Source: Bordetella parapertussis (GTDB lineage: Bacteria > Pseudomonadota > Gammaproteobacteria > Burkholderiales > JACQAP01). Taken from it: DNA of 64,000 bases. The stretch covers positions 22,831-86,830 of the forward strand of contig CAMDKM010000014.1 in the NCBI GenBank assembly GCA_945900965.1, in the 5' to 3' direction. A program made the translations under genes and the position numbers. Below are positions 35,193 through 44,908 of the stretch, piece after piece. How positions within the stretch are numbered: the stretch's first letter is position 1; every line of letters starts with the position of its first letter. The notes under the pieces are model-generated. The model was not told the DNA's origin, made no database searches, and saw only the letters and a program-made list of their open reading frames with translations.

Positions 35193-36124
35193 TTTTCGTC
35201 TCCAGTCGGCGTCGAGGCACGCGGATCGAATTTCGAGGCCTCCGCCAGTTCCTTGAACAACGCCTTCTCGCGCTCGGTGGGCGCGGTGGGCACGACGATC
35301 TGGACGATCGCGTAAAGATCGCCTTCGCCTGCGTCCCGCTTCGGCAATCCCCGTTTGGCGAGTCTGAGTTTCTGCCCCGTGTTCGTGCCCGGCAATACCT
35401 TGAGTCGGACCGGTCCGGCCAGGGTCGGCACTTCAACACTCGCGCCAAGCGCGGCTTCCCAGGGCGCCAGCGGCAGATCCAGGTAAAGATCGTGGCCGCT
35501 TGCGCGGTAGCGGGGATGCGGCTGCAGCGCGATGGTGAGATGCAGATTCCCGGTCGGGCCGCCATTGAGCCCCTTGCCGCCCTTGCCGGGCAAACGCAGC
35601 CGTTCTCCGTCTGTCACGCCCTTGGGAATGCGCGCCTTGAACACAAGCGGCACGCGGCGCACGCCGCCCCGCCCGTCGTATTCCGGCACGCTGAGATTCA
35701 GGTCCAGCTCCGTGCCACGATACGCGTCCTCGATGGTGATCGGTGCCGTGACTTCGTAGTCCTGCCCGGGTATCGGGAATTTGCCGCCGCGCGCCCCACC
35801 GCCGCGCAGCCCCGCGAACAGTTCCGACAGGTCGATGTCTTCGTAGGCGGTTTCGCCTTCGCCAAATTGCTGCCCCCAGTCGGGCGGCGGCCGGAAATCC
35901 TCGCCGGGCCGGTGGCTGCCCAGCTTGTCGTAGGCGGCGCGCGCTTCCGGGTCCTTGAGGGCCTTGTAGGCTTCGGAAAGATCCTTGAATTTCGCCTCGC
36001 CCTCCGGATCTTTCGAGACGTCTGGATGATATTTGTGCGCGAGCTTGCGGTAGGCCTTCTTGATGTCCTCTGCGCTGGCATCCCGAGGCACGCCCAGGAT
36101 TTCGTAGTAGTCCTTGTATTTCAT
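35189..36124 (-). CDS. cbpA: curved-DNA-binding DnaJ-like co-chaperone CbpA
   Basis: J-domain [22 protein letters not shown]. There is no Zn-finger region. C-terminal DnaJ_C domains are present. Confidence 0.9.
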   Translation of the reverse strand: MKYKDYYEILGVPRDASAEDIKKAYRKLAHKYHPDVSKDPEGEAKFKDLSEAYKALKDPEARAAYDKLGSHRPGEDFRPPPDWGQQFGEGETAYEDIDLSELFAGLRGGGARGGKFPIPGQDYEVTAPITIEDAYRGTELDLNLSVPEYDGRGGVRRVPLVFKARIPKGVTDGERLRLPGKGGKGLNGGPTGNLHLTIALQPHPRYRASGHDLYLDLPLAPWEAALGASVEVPTLAGPVRLKVLPGTNTGQKLRLAKRGLPKRDAGEGDLYAIVQIVVPTAPTEREKALFKELAEASKFDPRASTPTGDEK

Positions 36125-36274
36125 CGGGTCCGTCCAGGCATGGCCGGTTTGGCCGTTTCATTGCCAAGAGTATGTCACTTTGACCCGGCTTCGAAGCCGC
36201 TGATTTTGCCGGCGTTCGGCTCCGTCATTTTTCCCGATAGACTGCGCAAACTGAAGAATCGAGGGGGAGTAGCG

Positions 36275-37198
36275 ATGAAAGAGATTTGTCGAGGGCTGCA
36301 ATTTCCGGAAGGGCCGATTGCGATGGCGGACGGTTCGGTGATTCTGGTCGAAATAGAGCGTCGCACCCTGAGCCGGGTCAGTGCCGACGGCCGGATCAGC
36401 GTCATCGCAGACTGTGGCGGCGGCCCAAACGGCGCCGCTATGGGGCCGGACGGGCGCGTGTACGTATGCAACAACGGCGGATTTACATGGACGCAGCACG
36501 GGCCGTTCCGGCGTCCCGGCGATGCTCTTCCAGCCGACTACACGGGTGGCAGTATTCAAGCCGTGGACATCGCCTCGGGTGCAATAGAAACCTTATACAC
36601 CGAATGCAACGGCATCCCGCTGAAGGGGCCAAACGATCTCGTGTTCGATGCCAGCGGCGGTTTCTACTTCACCGATCTGGGCAAACGCCGAGGCCGTTCC
36701 ATCGATCGCGGCGCGGTGTACTACGCTCAGTGCGACGGCAGTTCCATCGTGGAGATCGTTCATCCCATCGATACGCCAAACGGCATCGGCCTGTCCGCAG
36801 ACGAAACCGCGCTCTATGTGGCGGAGACCAGCGGCGCGAGAATCTGGGCCTTTGATATCGAGCGCCCCGGCAGACCACGCCCCGGCCCGCACCCGTTCTG
36901 GCCTGGCCGATTGCTGTACAAGTTCACCGGCTATGAGCGCCTCGATTCCCTGGCAGTAGATTCCGAAGGCAACATCGTCGTCGCCACGCTCGGCACCGGC
37001 TGCGTGACGGCGATATCGCCCGACGGAGTACTTCGCGCACGGGTCCCGGTTCCGGAGTTCGACATCATGGTCACGAATGTCTGCTTCGGCGGCCCGGATT
37101 TGAGAACGGCGTATATCACCTCCTCGGGTCTGGGACGCCTTTACTCCATGCAATGGCATTGTCCCGGCCAGGCGCTGAACTTCCTGCCACATCGATAA
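36275..37198 (+). CDS. SMP-30/gluconolactonase/LRE family protein
   Basis: ATG 36275 after GAGGGGGAG. LQFPEGPIAMADGSV..GGPNGAAMGPDG..PNDLVFD..PNGIGLS repeats of the six-bladed propeller family. Confidence 0.85.
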   Translation: MKEICRGLQFPEGPIAMADGSVILVEIERRTLSRVSADGRISVIADCGGGPNGAAMGPDGRVYVCNNGGFTWTQHGPFRRPGDALPADYTGGSIQAVDIASGAIETLYTECNGIPLKGPNDLVFDASGGFYFTDLGKRRGRSIDRGAVYYAQCDGSSIVEIVHPIDTPNGIGLSADETALYVAETSGARIWAFDIERPGRPRPGPHPFWPGRLLYKFTGYERLDSLAVDSEGNIVVATLGTGCVTAISPDGVLRARVPVPEFDIMVTNVCFGGPDLRTAYITSSGLGRLYSMQWHCPGQALNFLPHR

Positions 37199-37455
37199 TT
37201 CGCGATTGCGCGTGAAGGCATTCGAGCGCGCGGCACCGCCTCTCGCGGTGCCTGACTTTTTCATGCATATGGCTGTCGAACCACGAAGGCAGGCACACAC
37301 TGAGTTGAGCCAAGAAATCCAGCCGATTGCGCCTGTCCCGTGGATTTCGAATATTCCAGAAGAAACACCTGACGCTTTCCACCGTGCACTAAAAGGGTAC
37401 TCCACGCTTCGCGAGGGTATCCGTGTTCTCCGTGTTTCAACTTTATTTTTGGGGG

Positions 37456-38250
37456 TTACTGCGCGGTCCAGCCCCCATCGACAATCAGGTGGGTACCGGT
37501 AATCATCGCCGCCGCCGGTGAGGCGAGAAACACTGCGGCCGACATGATGTCTTCGAGGCGGCACAATTTTCCCATCGGAATGCGCGACATGACGAAATCC
37601 CGTTTCTCCGGGGTGTCCACGATCCGCCGCACCAGCGGCGTGTCGGAGAATGTCGGGCCGATACTGTTGACGCGAATATTTTTTGGCGCGAGTTCCACGG
37701 CCATCGCCTTGGTCAAACCCTCAATCGCATGTTTGGTCATGCAGTACACGGTCCGGTTTGGCGAGCCAACATGGCCCATCTGCGAGGAAATATTGATGAC
37801 GGCGCCGCCCTCCCCGGCGCGGTCAGGGGCTTCCAGCATCTTGCGTACGGCCGCTTGCGCAACCACGAAAGCGGCGCGCACGTTCAAATCGAGCATGGCG
37901 TCAAGGTGCGCTTCGGAAACCTCGACGAATGGCTCGGGAAAATTGGTGCCGGCATTATTAATCAGCACATCCAGTCTTGGAAAGGCATCAATTTCTCGGC
38001 GGATCGCCGATGAATCAGTGACGTCGCAGACCACTGTCTTCGATTTCGCGCCAAGACGCGAAATGGCCGCAGCCGTCTGATCCAGGGTGACGCGGGTTCT
38101 TCCCACCAGGAGCACTTCCGCCCCCGATTCCGCGAGACCAATGGCAATGGCAGCGCCCAATCCAGTTCCCGCACCGGTCACCAGCGCGACTTTTTTATCG
38201 AGGCGAAAAGACGGCAGACGCACGTCTGCGGTGGGTTCGGCGATGTTCAT
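37456..38250 (-). CDS. SDR family oxidoreductase
   Basis: VALVTGAGTGLGAAIA (TGxxxGxG), NNAG, and a Y..xK catalytic region. Confidence 0.9.
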   Translation of the reverse strand: MNIAEPTADVRLPSFRLDKKVALVTGAGTGLGAAIAIGLAESGAEVLLVGRTRVTLDQTAAAISRLGAKSKTVVCDVTDSSAIRREIDAFPRLDVLINNAGTNFPEPFVEVSEAHLDAMLDLNVRAAFVVAQAAVRKMLEAPDRAGEGGAVINISSQMGHVGSPNRTVYCMTKHAIEGLTKAMAVELAPKNIRVNSIGPTFSDTPLVRRIVDTPEKRDFVMSRIPMGKLCRLEDIMSAAVFLASPAAAMITGTHLIVDGGWTAQ

Positions 38251-38485
38251 GTCAGTTTTATCCCGTCAAAATTGAGTCGGTTCATGTTACCTGACCCGGC
38301 GCGCTTTTCTATAGGGACAGCTATCGGCGATGTGTCACCCCGGAAAAAGCGATGAAGGTGGCAACCAACCCGGTGCATATCTTCGGCGACAAGGGCTACA
38401 GGCGGTATATGAATGTGCAAATCAGACCCAGCGCACGGGCCTTGCCCGGCGACTCCCGGTTTCGCAGAAAGTCCTCTCCGCCGTA

Positions 38486-39052
38486 TCAGTTGCAGTCGCC
38501 GGTCATTACGCTGCTTCCGGTCTGTGGGTCCAGAAAATAGGTGCACTTTCCATCGCTGCCCATGTGACCTCCGGGCCCGGAATGCGACCAGCTCCGGTCG
38601 CCACCGCGTTGGGCGGCTAACGCACGCAGATCAAAAAACGGCGGTCCGTTTTCGAAACCTCCCACACCCGCGGCATTGATCCAATAGCGGCCCGGAATCA
38701 CCACACCCGCGAGTTGATAAAGCAATGCCACGTCCTGTTGATGCAACTCGCGACCGTTGAAGAAAACTCCCGTTCCGCCTCCGGATGCGTCTGCGCGCAG
38801 ACGCCCGCCAAGCTTCAGCCCAGGGGAAATTTGACCGGCAGCGGGTCCTCGCTCAAGCCCCCAGAGTCCGGACACGGAGTCATACCAGTAACGTCCCGGT
38901 TTAAGTGTCGTTCGATAGCTTGACTCCAACTGGGCGACGATGTCGTCGGGCAATGGCTCGCCATTGACGACTACGCCGCGATCGGCAAACGAGACAAGCG
39001 ATAGCATGAGTCCGGTCAAAACGATTGCGACGGAGCGAAGGGACTTCTTCAT
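38486..39052 (-). CDS. hypothetical exported protein (188 aa) with internal GRYW duplication
   Basis: ATG 39052 after GGAGG, signal MKKSLRSVAIVLTGLMLSLVSFA-D. The two halves share PGRYWYDSVSGLWG / PGRYWINAAGVGG. Confidence 0.6.
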   Translation of the reverse strand: MKKSLRSVAIVLTGLMLSLVSFADRGVVVNGEPLPDDIVAQLESSYRTTLKPGRYWYDSVSGLWGLERGPAAGQISPGLKLGGRLRADASGGGTGVFFNGRELHQQDVALLYQLAGVVIPGRYWINAAGVGGFENGPPFFDLRALAAQRGGDRSWSHSGPGGHMGSDGKCTYFLDPQTGSSVMTGDCN

Positions 39053-39137
39053 GGTGGCAACCTCCAGATGTAGCGGTTTTGATAGTGGCCAAGGCTCTGC
39101 CAATTAATCAGACGATTTGCCCCGGACAGGGTTCGAA

Positions 39138-40319
39138 TTATTTGAATTCGTGCAATGCGATCCGGTTCTTGGCGATGAAATCCCAATCGTAGGTCACACC
39201 CAGGCCAGGGCCGGTGGGCACGGGAAAGCAGCCGTCCTTGCCAACCGCTTCCAGTTGGTCGCTGTAGCCGCAGGCATAAACCGGCGGAATCACGTTCGGA
39301 CAATCCGGCCCGACCAGCCCGACTTCGTAATAATTGCTGTTGCGCATCGCCGACATGCAGGCGCGATGCGCCGGGCCGCAAACATGGATTTCCGCATCAA
39401 TGCCGAAGGCCTCCGCCAGGTGCGCAATTTTCATGCAGCCGGTGATGCCCATGTCGTATTCTGGATCGACCCGCAAAAAATCCGTGCCGCCCGCTATCAA
39501 AAAGTCCGCTTTCGGCTCAACGCCGCGCACATGCTCGGTTTGCAGGATCGGCGTGTCCAGGAACTCGCGCAGCTTCTTGTGAGCGAACGCCGAGGTGCCG
39601 GAATCGCGAAATGGATCTTCGTACCAGAAATATTTGGCCTCATCGCAGGCGCGGCCGACGTATAGCGCATCGGCGAAGGTGCGCAACTCGCAGGCCGGAT
39701 CGAGCATCAATTCCATCTTGTCGCCAATCACTTTGCGCACGTGCAACACGTTGGCGGCTTCTTCATGCTTGTTGCCCTCGTTCCAGCCGTGAATCTTGAA
39801 CGCGCGGTAGCCGAGCTCGTAACATTGCTGCGCGAACTCGGCGAAGGCTTCCTTGCTGTTCAAGCCGCGTCCCTCGGTCGAGCGATCGCCATGAAACGTG
39901 CTTGCGTAGGCGGGCAGGCGCTTGCGATAGCCGCCAAGCAGTTCCGATACCGAGGCCCCCAGCTTCTTGCCCGCCAGATCCCATAACGCGATGTCGAGCG
40001 GGCCATGGCCCATATGATCGAACTGGCGCGCCTGACGCTTCAAGTTATCGTATATCTGCTCGCGCGCCTCGGCCTCGTATCCGATCAGGTAGGGGGCCAG
40101 CATCAAGGTTTGGCCCAGGGACGATGCAGAGGCCACCCACTGCGCAACGTATTCGCCGCGCAATCCGTTGTCGGTCATGATGACGGTAGCGTACTTGGTT
40201 ACGCGTATCTTCGAGCCCTGCCTATAGCCAAACGCACCCACCCCCTCGCCGCCCACCTGGCCAAGATTCCTGGCATCGAACTGGAAGACGTGAACTTCGA
40301 CTTTGCTGATTCGGCTCAT
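39138..40319 (-). CDS. enolase superfamily (mandelate racemase/muconate lactonizing enzyme family) protein
   Basis: 393 aa with typical N-terminal capping and barrel-domain patterns (FKIHGW.., LMLDPA.., WYEDP). Confidence 0.8.
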   Translation of the reverse strand: MSRISKVEVHVFQFDARNLGQVGGEGVGAFGYRQGSKIRVTKYATVIMTDNGLRGEYVAQWVASASSLGQTLMLAPYLIGYEAEAREQIYDNLKRQARQFDHMGHGPLDIALWDLAGKKLGASVSELLGGYRKRLPAYASTFHGDRSTEGRGLNSKEAFAEFAQQCYELGYRAFKIHGWNEGNKHEEAANVLHVRKVIGDKMELMLDPACELRTFADALYVGRACDEAKYFWYEDPFRDSGTSAFAHKKLREFLDTPILQTEHVRGVEPKADFLIAGGTDFLRVDPEYDMGITGCMKIAHLAEAFGIDAEIHVCGPAHRACMSAMRNSNYYEVGLVGPDCPNVIPPVYACGYSDQLEAVGKDGCFPVPTGPGLGVTYDWDFIAKNRIALHEFK

Positions 40320-40674
40320 ATTGCCCCCTCCCCGGAATATTATCTTAGTGGAGCATATTATCCGGCCTTTTACGGCGTCGCCGCCTGCGTGCGGGCTTGC
40401 CCCTTATCGCACCTAGCGATGGAAGCGGTTTTTTGGGGGATCAAGGCCGGGCGCTGATCGCGGATCTTCTGGAGCACGCAACACAGCGGGAATTCGTTTA
40501 TCGCCATCACTAGCGGGTGGGGAAACTGTTGATGTGGGACCGCCACCCTGCATCAGGGCGGACGTTACGATTTGTCCCAGCGCCGCTATCTACGGCGTAC
40601 AGGCTGCGAAATGCGGCCCGAAGAGGTGGATTGACGGCGCCTCGCGTGGCGCAAAAAGAGGCGTAACCCGAACT

Positions 40675-40956
40675 TTAAGCCACGCTCGCCTGCTCACCCG
40701 CGATCAGGGATTGGGCTTCGCTTCCGGTAAGCATGAAAGACGTGGCGCCCAAGGCGAACTGCCGGGTAATGATTTGCCCGATACGCATTCGCAGCAGGTC
40801 TTTTTCCGCGGCCTTGATCATCACCGAATACATTGGCGGCTTGCCGTGGGTGCGAATGAGATCGACACGGAACGGTTTGCGACCTTCGGCAGTCGAGGCC
40901 CCGGCCAAGTGCGAGAGGCAGGTCAGAAGTTCGTCGGAAGTCGGATATTCACTCAT
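40675..40956 (-). CDS. hypothetical protein (93 aa)
   Basis: High third-position GC and plausible composition (MSEYPTSDELLTCLSHLAG..). No good SD and no family recognised. The start could be as far upstream as 41076. Confidence 0.4.
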   Translation of the reverse strand: MSEYPTSDELLTCLSHLAGASTAEGRKPFRVDLIRTHGKPPMYSVMIKAAEKDLLRMRIGQIITRQFALGATSFMLTGSEAQSLIAGEQASVA

Positions 40957-41211
40957 GTAAAAGATAAAACCGAAGAATGGTCTGCCGGAAGATGTCCGGA
41001 CGCATCCCAGAATAACCGAACGCTTCTCGAAAACTTTGTTCGTCACGCAAGAGCGGCAAAACGGGATGTACAGCATATCTCAAAAAGAAATTCTCGGTCG
41101 GAAATTTTGCAGTGCAGTCGCTTCCGCAGACGATTTTCGTTTCCTGTTATTCTTGGCGCCGCGGTTGTTGATGGACTCAAACTGCCTTTGTTGGAGCCAG
41201 TGAATGCCCCT

Positions 41212-41976
41212 ATGGATGCCCTTGATCTGCCTCGCCCCGATCCAGAACGCGCCGACTCACGCGGCGACAGTACGATCTTAATATCGGAACTTCTTTTCTC
41301 CTGGGCGGGTCCGCACAAGAATTTGCTCGACATTGAGAGTCTGAGGGTCGCAAGGGCCGAGCGAATTTTTCTGTTTGGGCCCAGCGGCAGCGGCAAATCC
41401 ACCCTCCTGAGTCTGATCGGTGGACTGCTGGTGCCGCAGTCGGGGAGAGTGCACATTCTCGATCAGGACATCGCTGCGATGGATGCCGCGGCACGAGACC
41501 ATTTCCGCGCCGACCACATTGGATTTATTTTTCAGATGTTCAATCTCATCCCCTACCTCTCGGTAGTCGAGAACGTCTGCCTGCCCTGCCGGTTTTCGCC
41601 CTTGCGTCGCCAGCGCGCGCGGCGCGCCGCAGGCAGCTTGCAGGCCGAGGCCAGACGATTGCTTGAATACCTGGACATGGGCGGGGACGAGATTCTGCGC
41701 CGGCCGGTGACCGAGCTCAGTGTCGGCCAACAACAGCGGGTAGCTGCGGCGCGCGCCCTGATTGGCGGCCCGGAACTGATTATTGCCGATGAACCGACCT
41801 CCTCTCTGGACGCCGACCGGCGCGGCGCCTTTCTGGACCTGCTGTTCCGTGAATGTGCCCGCGAACAATCGGCATTGGTGTTTGTCAGCCACGATGCTTC
41901 GATCGCATCGCGTTTTGACCGCGTCATTCGTCTGGCTGACATCAATCGCGCACACGGCGGGAGTGCCGAGCAATGA
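41212..41976 (+). CDS. ABC transporter ATP-binding protein (LolD/MacB-type)
   Basis: Walker A GPSGSGKST, signature LSVGQQQRVAAARAL, Walker B LIIADEPTSSLD. The ORF-track 5' extension to 40534 was rejected. Confidence 0.85.
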   Translation: MDALDLPRPDPERADSRGDSTILISELLFSWAGPHKNLLDIESLRVARAERIFLFGPSGSGKSTLLSLIGGLLVPQSGRVHILDQDIAAMDAAARDHFRADHIGFIFQMFNLIPYLSVVENVCLPCRFSPLRRQRARRAAGSLQAEARRLLEYLDMGGDEILRRPVTELSVGQQQRVAAARALIGGPELIIADEPTSSLDADRRGAFLDLLFRECAREQSALVFVSHDASIASRFDRVIRLADINRAHGGSAEQ

Positions 41977-43235
41977 TGGCCTGGCTGGCGGTTCGCAGCC
42001 TCCGCAATCGCTGGTTTACCGCCGGACTGACCGTGTTTTCGATTGCCCTAGCCGTGACTTTACTGCTGGGCGTGGAACGCATCCGGCAGGCCTCGCGCGA
42101 GGGATTCGCGGCGACGATCTCCGGGACTGATCTGGTGGTCGGTGCGCGCGCGAGCCCGGTGCACCTGCTGCTCTATTCGGTATTCCATATCGGCAATGCC
42201 ACCAACAATCTGCGTTGGGCAAGTTATGAAACGGTGGCCCGCCGCCCGGAAGTGACGTGGACCATTCCGCTATCGTTGGGGGATTCGCATCGGGGATTTC
42301 GCGTACTTGGTACCAGTGCGGAATATTTCAGGCATTTTCGTTTCGCGCGCGAGCGCCGGCTCGAATTCCGGGAGGGGGCGGCATTCGAGAGTGACAAGGA
42401 CGCGGTAGTGGGTGCCGAGGTGGCCGCCACCCTCGGCTACCGCCCCGGCGATTCGATCGTCATCGCCCACGGCGCCGGTGACGTGAGTTTTTCCTTGCAC
42501 GAGCGCCATCCCTTAATCGTTTCCGGCGTGCTCGCCCGCACCGGAACCCCGGTGGACCGCACGGTGCATGTCTCACTCGAAAGCCTGGATGAGATGCACG
42601 AAGACTCTGGCGCCGGCAGCACCAGCGATCCCCTGGCGGCGATGCTGCATACCCTCGGCGACAATTCCCTGGCAACTTCGTCGCGAACCTTAAGTGCTTT
42701 TCTGGTTGGGCTGCACACGCGGAGCAGTGCGCTCCCCATGCAGCGCTGGGTCAATGAATTTGCGGACGAGCCGCTTACCGCGGTGCTGCCCGGGGTGGCG
42801 CTGCAGGAGGTCTGGGAAATCACCGGGGCGGCCGAACGCGCTTTGTTCGCGGTGTCCGCGCTGGTGGCAATCGTGGGACTGGCAGGCATGCTGGTGGCCC
42901 TGCTCACGGGTATCAACGAACGGCGCCGGGAAATGGCCATCTTGCGCTCGGTGGGCGCACGTCCGATTCACGTGTTCGCGCTGATTCTGGGCGAGACCGC
43001 GCTTCTGACGCTCACCGGCATTGCGCTGGGCATCGCAATTCTGTACATGGGACTTATCGGGGGACAATCCTGGCTGGAGTCGCGCCTGGGAATATTCATT
43101 GCGGCGGGCTGGCCGGGCGTCCGGGAATTCGGGCTGATGGCCATGGTGGCGATGGCCGGCCTGCTCATCGGACTGCTTCCCGCCTGGAGAACGTATCGAT
43201 ACTCTCTGTCCGACGGGCTGACATTGCGCATGTAA
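41973..43235 (+). CDS. ABC transporter permease, FtsX/MacB-like
   Basis: ATGA overlap with the ATPase gene. It has an N-terminal TM segment, a large periplasmic loop and a C-terminal FtsX-type 3-TM bundle (MAILRSVGARP). Confidence 0.85.
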   Translation: MMAWLAVRSLRNRWFTAGLTVFSIALAVTLLLGVERIRQASREGFAATISGTDLVVGARASPVHLLLYSVFHIGNATNNLRWASYETVARRPEVTWTIPLSLGDSHRGFRVLGTSAEYFRHFRFARERRLEFREGAAFESDKDAVVGAEVAATLGYRPGDSIVIAHGAGDVSFSLHERHPLIVSGVLARTGTPVDRTVHVSLESLDEMHEDSGAGSTSDPLAAMLHTLGDNSLATSSRTLSAFLVGLHTRSSALPMQRWVNEFADEPLTAVLPGVALQEVWEITGAAERALFAVSALVAIVGLAGMLVALLTGINERRREMAILRSVGARPIHVFALILGETALLTLTGIALGIAILYMGLIGGQSWLESRLGIFIAAGWPGVREFGLMAMVAMAGLLIGLLPAWRTYRYSLSDGLTLRM

Positions 43236-43248
43236 CCGGAGCCGGGAA

Positions 43249-43902
43249 ATGATGCAAAAAATTGCCAATGCCTTACTGCTGATAGGGATCGCTTTTACAT
43301 CAGCGGCACGGGCGGACGACGCCCGTCAGATGATGTGGGCGGACTTGGTGCCGAAATCAGCGGCCGGCGAAAACCCGTTCGAGAAACTTAATCGGGATCA
43401 ACTCCAGCAGATCAGCGACATCTCGGCCATCCGCGAGCGCCGGGCGCGGGGCGATCCGACGCTGCCGCGCGCGGACGACGAGCGGGAAAGTGAGCTGGCG
43501 AAAAAACTCCAGTTGACCGGCGTTGTGGTGGATGAGTTATTGGCCAGGCGCCGGGACATTATCGAACGCGGCCGTGCGGTCAATCCCCTGCTGAACGGAC
43601 AAACCATCCGCATTCCCGGCTATGTACTGCCCCTGGAATTTTCCGGCAAACAGGTAAGCGAATTTCTGCTCGTGCCCTGGGTCGGCGCCTGCATCCACAC
43701 TCCGCCACCACCGCCAAACCAGATCGTGCATGTGAAACCGGGCAAGCCCGTAACGATATCGGGAATGTTCGAGGCGGTGTGGGTCACCGGCCGCCTGAAC
43801 ACCCAGTCCCTGACAAAAAACCTGTCGATGGTGGATGGCGCGGCTGAAATCGATGTGGGTTATTCGCTCACCGCTGCTGTTGTTGAGCCTTACAAGCAGT
43901 AG
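43249..43902 (+). CDS. DUF3299 domain protein (exported)
   Basis: IRIPGYVLPLEF..VSEFLLVPWVGACIHTPPPPPNQIV is the DUF3299 hallmark, and it follows the ABC/FtsX pair. Confidence 0.8.
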   Translation: MMQKIANALLLIGIAFTSAARADDARQMMWADLVPKSAAGENPFEKLNRDQLQQISDISAIRERRARGDPTLPRADDERESELAKKLQLTGVVVDELLARRRDIIERGRAVNPLLNGQTIRIPGYVLPLEFSGKQVSEFLLVPWVGACIHTPPPPPNQIVHVKPGKPVTISGMFEAVWVTGRLNTQSLTKNLSMVDGAAEIDVGYSLTAAVVEPYKQ

Positions 43903-43905
43903 AGT

Positions 43906-44077
43906 AAAAGACAACGCGCTCACCGCGGAGGACGCAGAGGAAAGCAAGCAAAAGTCAAAATAACCTATTGGTCACTGCTTGGTGATCAAGGTTTTCGGTG
44001 GGAACTCAGTTACTTCTTTCCCTTGAATTTCCTCCGCGTCCTCCGCGTCCTCCGCGGTGAGCGAGTTGGTTTTGTTT
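43906..44077. repeat. composite inverted-repeat element, copy A (TCCTCCGCG units), possible bidirectional terminator
   Basis: Right arm TTTCCTCCGCG-TCCTCCGCG-TCCTCCGCG-GTGAGCGAGTTGGTTTT. The reverse complement of the left arm is TTTCCTCTGCG-TCCTCCGCG-GTGAGCGCGTTGTCTTTT. The core is ~85 bp. It lies between convergent genes. Confidence 0.55.
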
Positions 44078-44107
44078 AAGCCCTGGTTGAGCCACCCCCC
44101 AGGAAGT

Positions 44108-44638
44108 TCACTTAAACGCCGGTAGTGCGGGCGCAGTGGAAGCCTGCCCGATGAGGTGTTCGTGCGGGGCGGGTTTGTTCATCACGGTGCGAATTTTCAG
44201 GCTCTCGACGCCGGTTTCGGCGACATCGATCCGTAGCACCGCCATGTTGCGGAATTTCAGCTCGTTCATATACCAGACGGTCAACGTGCTGATGTTGCCT
44301 TCGGCGCGCACATTGACAATCAGAAATTGGGAATTCACCTGCATCCAGGGTTTCTTGAGGTCCGCAAACGAAGCGCTGATCGCCTGCTCGCCGTCCAGCT
44401 CCAGGGTCACGATGGTGTTGTCGCCGAATCCACCGGTCTTGACGACCTCGGCGGCCTGGAACCAACCCGCACCGAGAAACGGAAACGTTGCCGACTCACC
44501 GGCCTGCGTCAAACCCACTTCTCGCTCCGCAATGACAATTTCCCCTCGCAACACTTCTCCGCAGGCCAGAGCGTTGCTTGCGCCGGAGACAAATGTCGCC
44601 AGCACTGCGGGCAGGAGTGCATATCTCACGAAATACAT
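44108..44638 (-). CDS. hypothetical exported protein (176 aa)
   Basis: Signal MYFVRYALLPAVLATFVSGASNALA-C. No family recognised. The alternative start is 44659. Confidence 0.6.
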   Translation of the reverse strand: MYFVRYALLPAVLATFVSGASNALACGEVLRGEIVIAEREVGLTQAGESATFPFLGAGWFQAAEVVKTGGFGDNTIVTLELDGEQAISASFADLKKPWMQVNSQFLIVNVRAEGNISTLTVWYMNELKFRNMAVLRIDVAETGVESLKIRTVMNKPAPHEHLIGQASTAPALPAFK

Positions 44639-44908
44639 AGCAGTCACTCTCAAGGCCAATCCAGTAAGGCAGACATTGCATTATGTCCCCAAATGTCATT
44701 CCCGTGGAAACGGGAATCCAGGTGTTTCAAAGACATCTGGTTCCCCGCCTTCGCGAGGAAGACACTTAAAGATTATTCCAGACCGAAGGTCTCGTTTTTC
44801 ACGCCCCTCGCCATCGCAAAGCGTCTGGGCCCTCGTACAGGTACGATATCGCGACTTTCCTGCTTTCCTTGTTCACCTTTTGACCTTCCCCCTATACCAT
44901 TAGCGGCT

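Noticed and set aside
40332-40365. CCGGAATATTAT..ATATTATCCGG upstream of the enolase-superfamily gene as an operator palindrome.
   Set aside because: Only about 7 of 11 positions pair when the two halves are compared as inverted repeats. It is better described as a short direct ATATTAT repeat, which is too weak to call.
40534-41211. 5' extensions of track ORFs: 40534..41211, 44327..44908, 35492..36274, 21736..22197, 46071..46373, 17130..17303, 24576..24701, 24926..25171.
   Set aside because: These extensions overlap neighbouring genes or lack coding character. Internal starts with good SDs give proteins that begin where the family or signal peptide is expected to begin.
44029-44063. Tandem 8-9-nt units (also at 50709-50747, 23737-23766, 56691-56782) as a CRISPR array or microsatellite.
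   Set aside because: The units are far too short for CRISPR repeats, there are no spacers, and there are only 3-12 units. They occur as inverted arms around a core, so I describe them as composite inverted-repeat elements.
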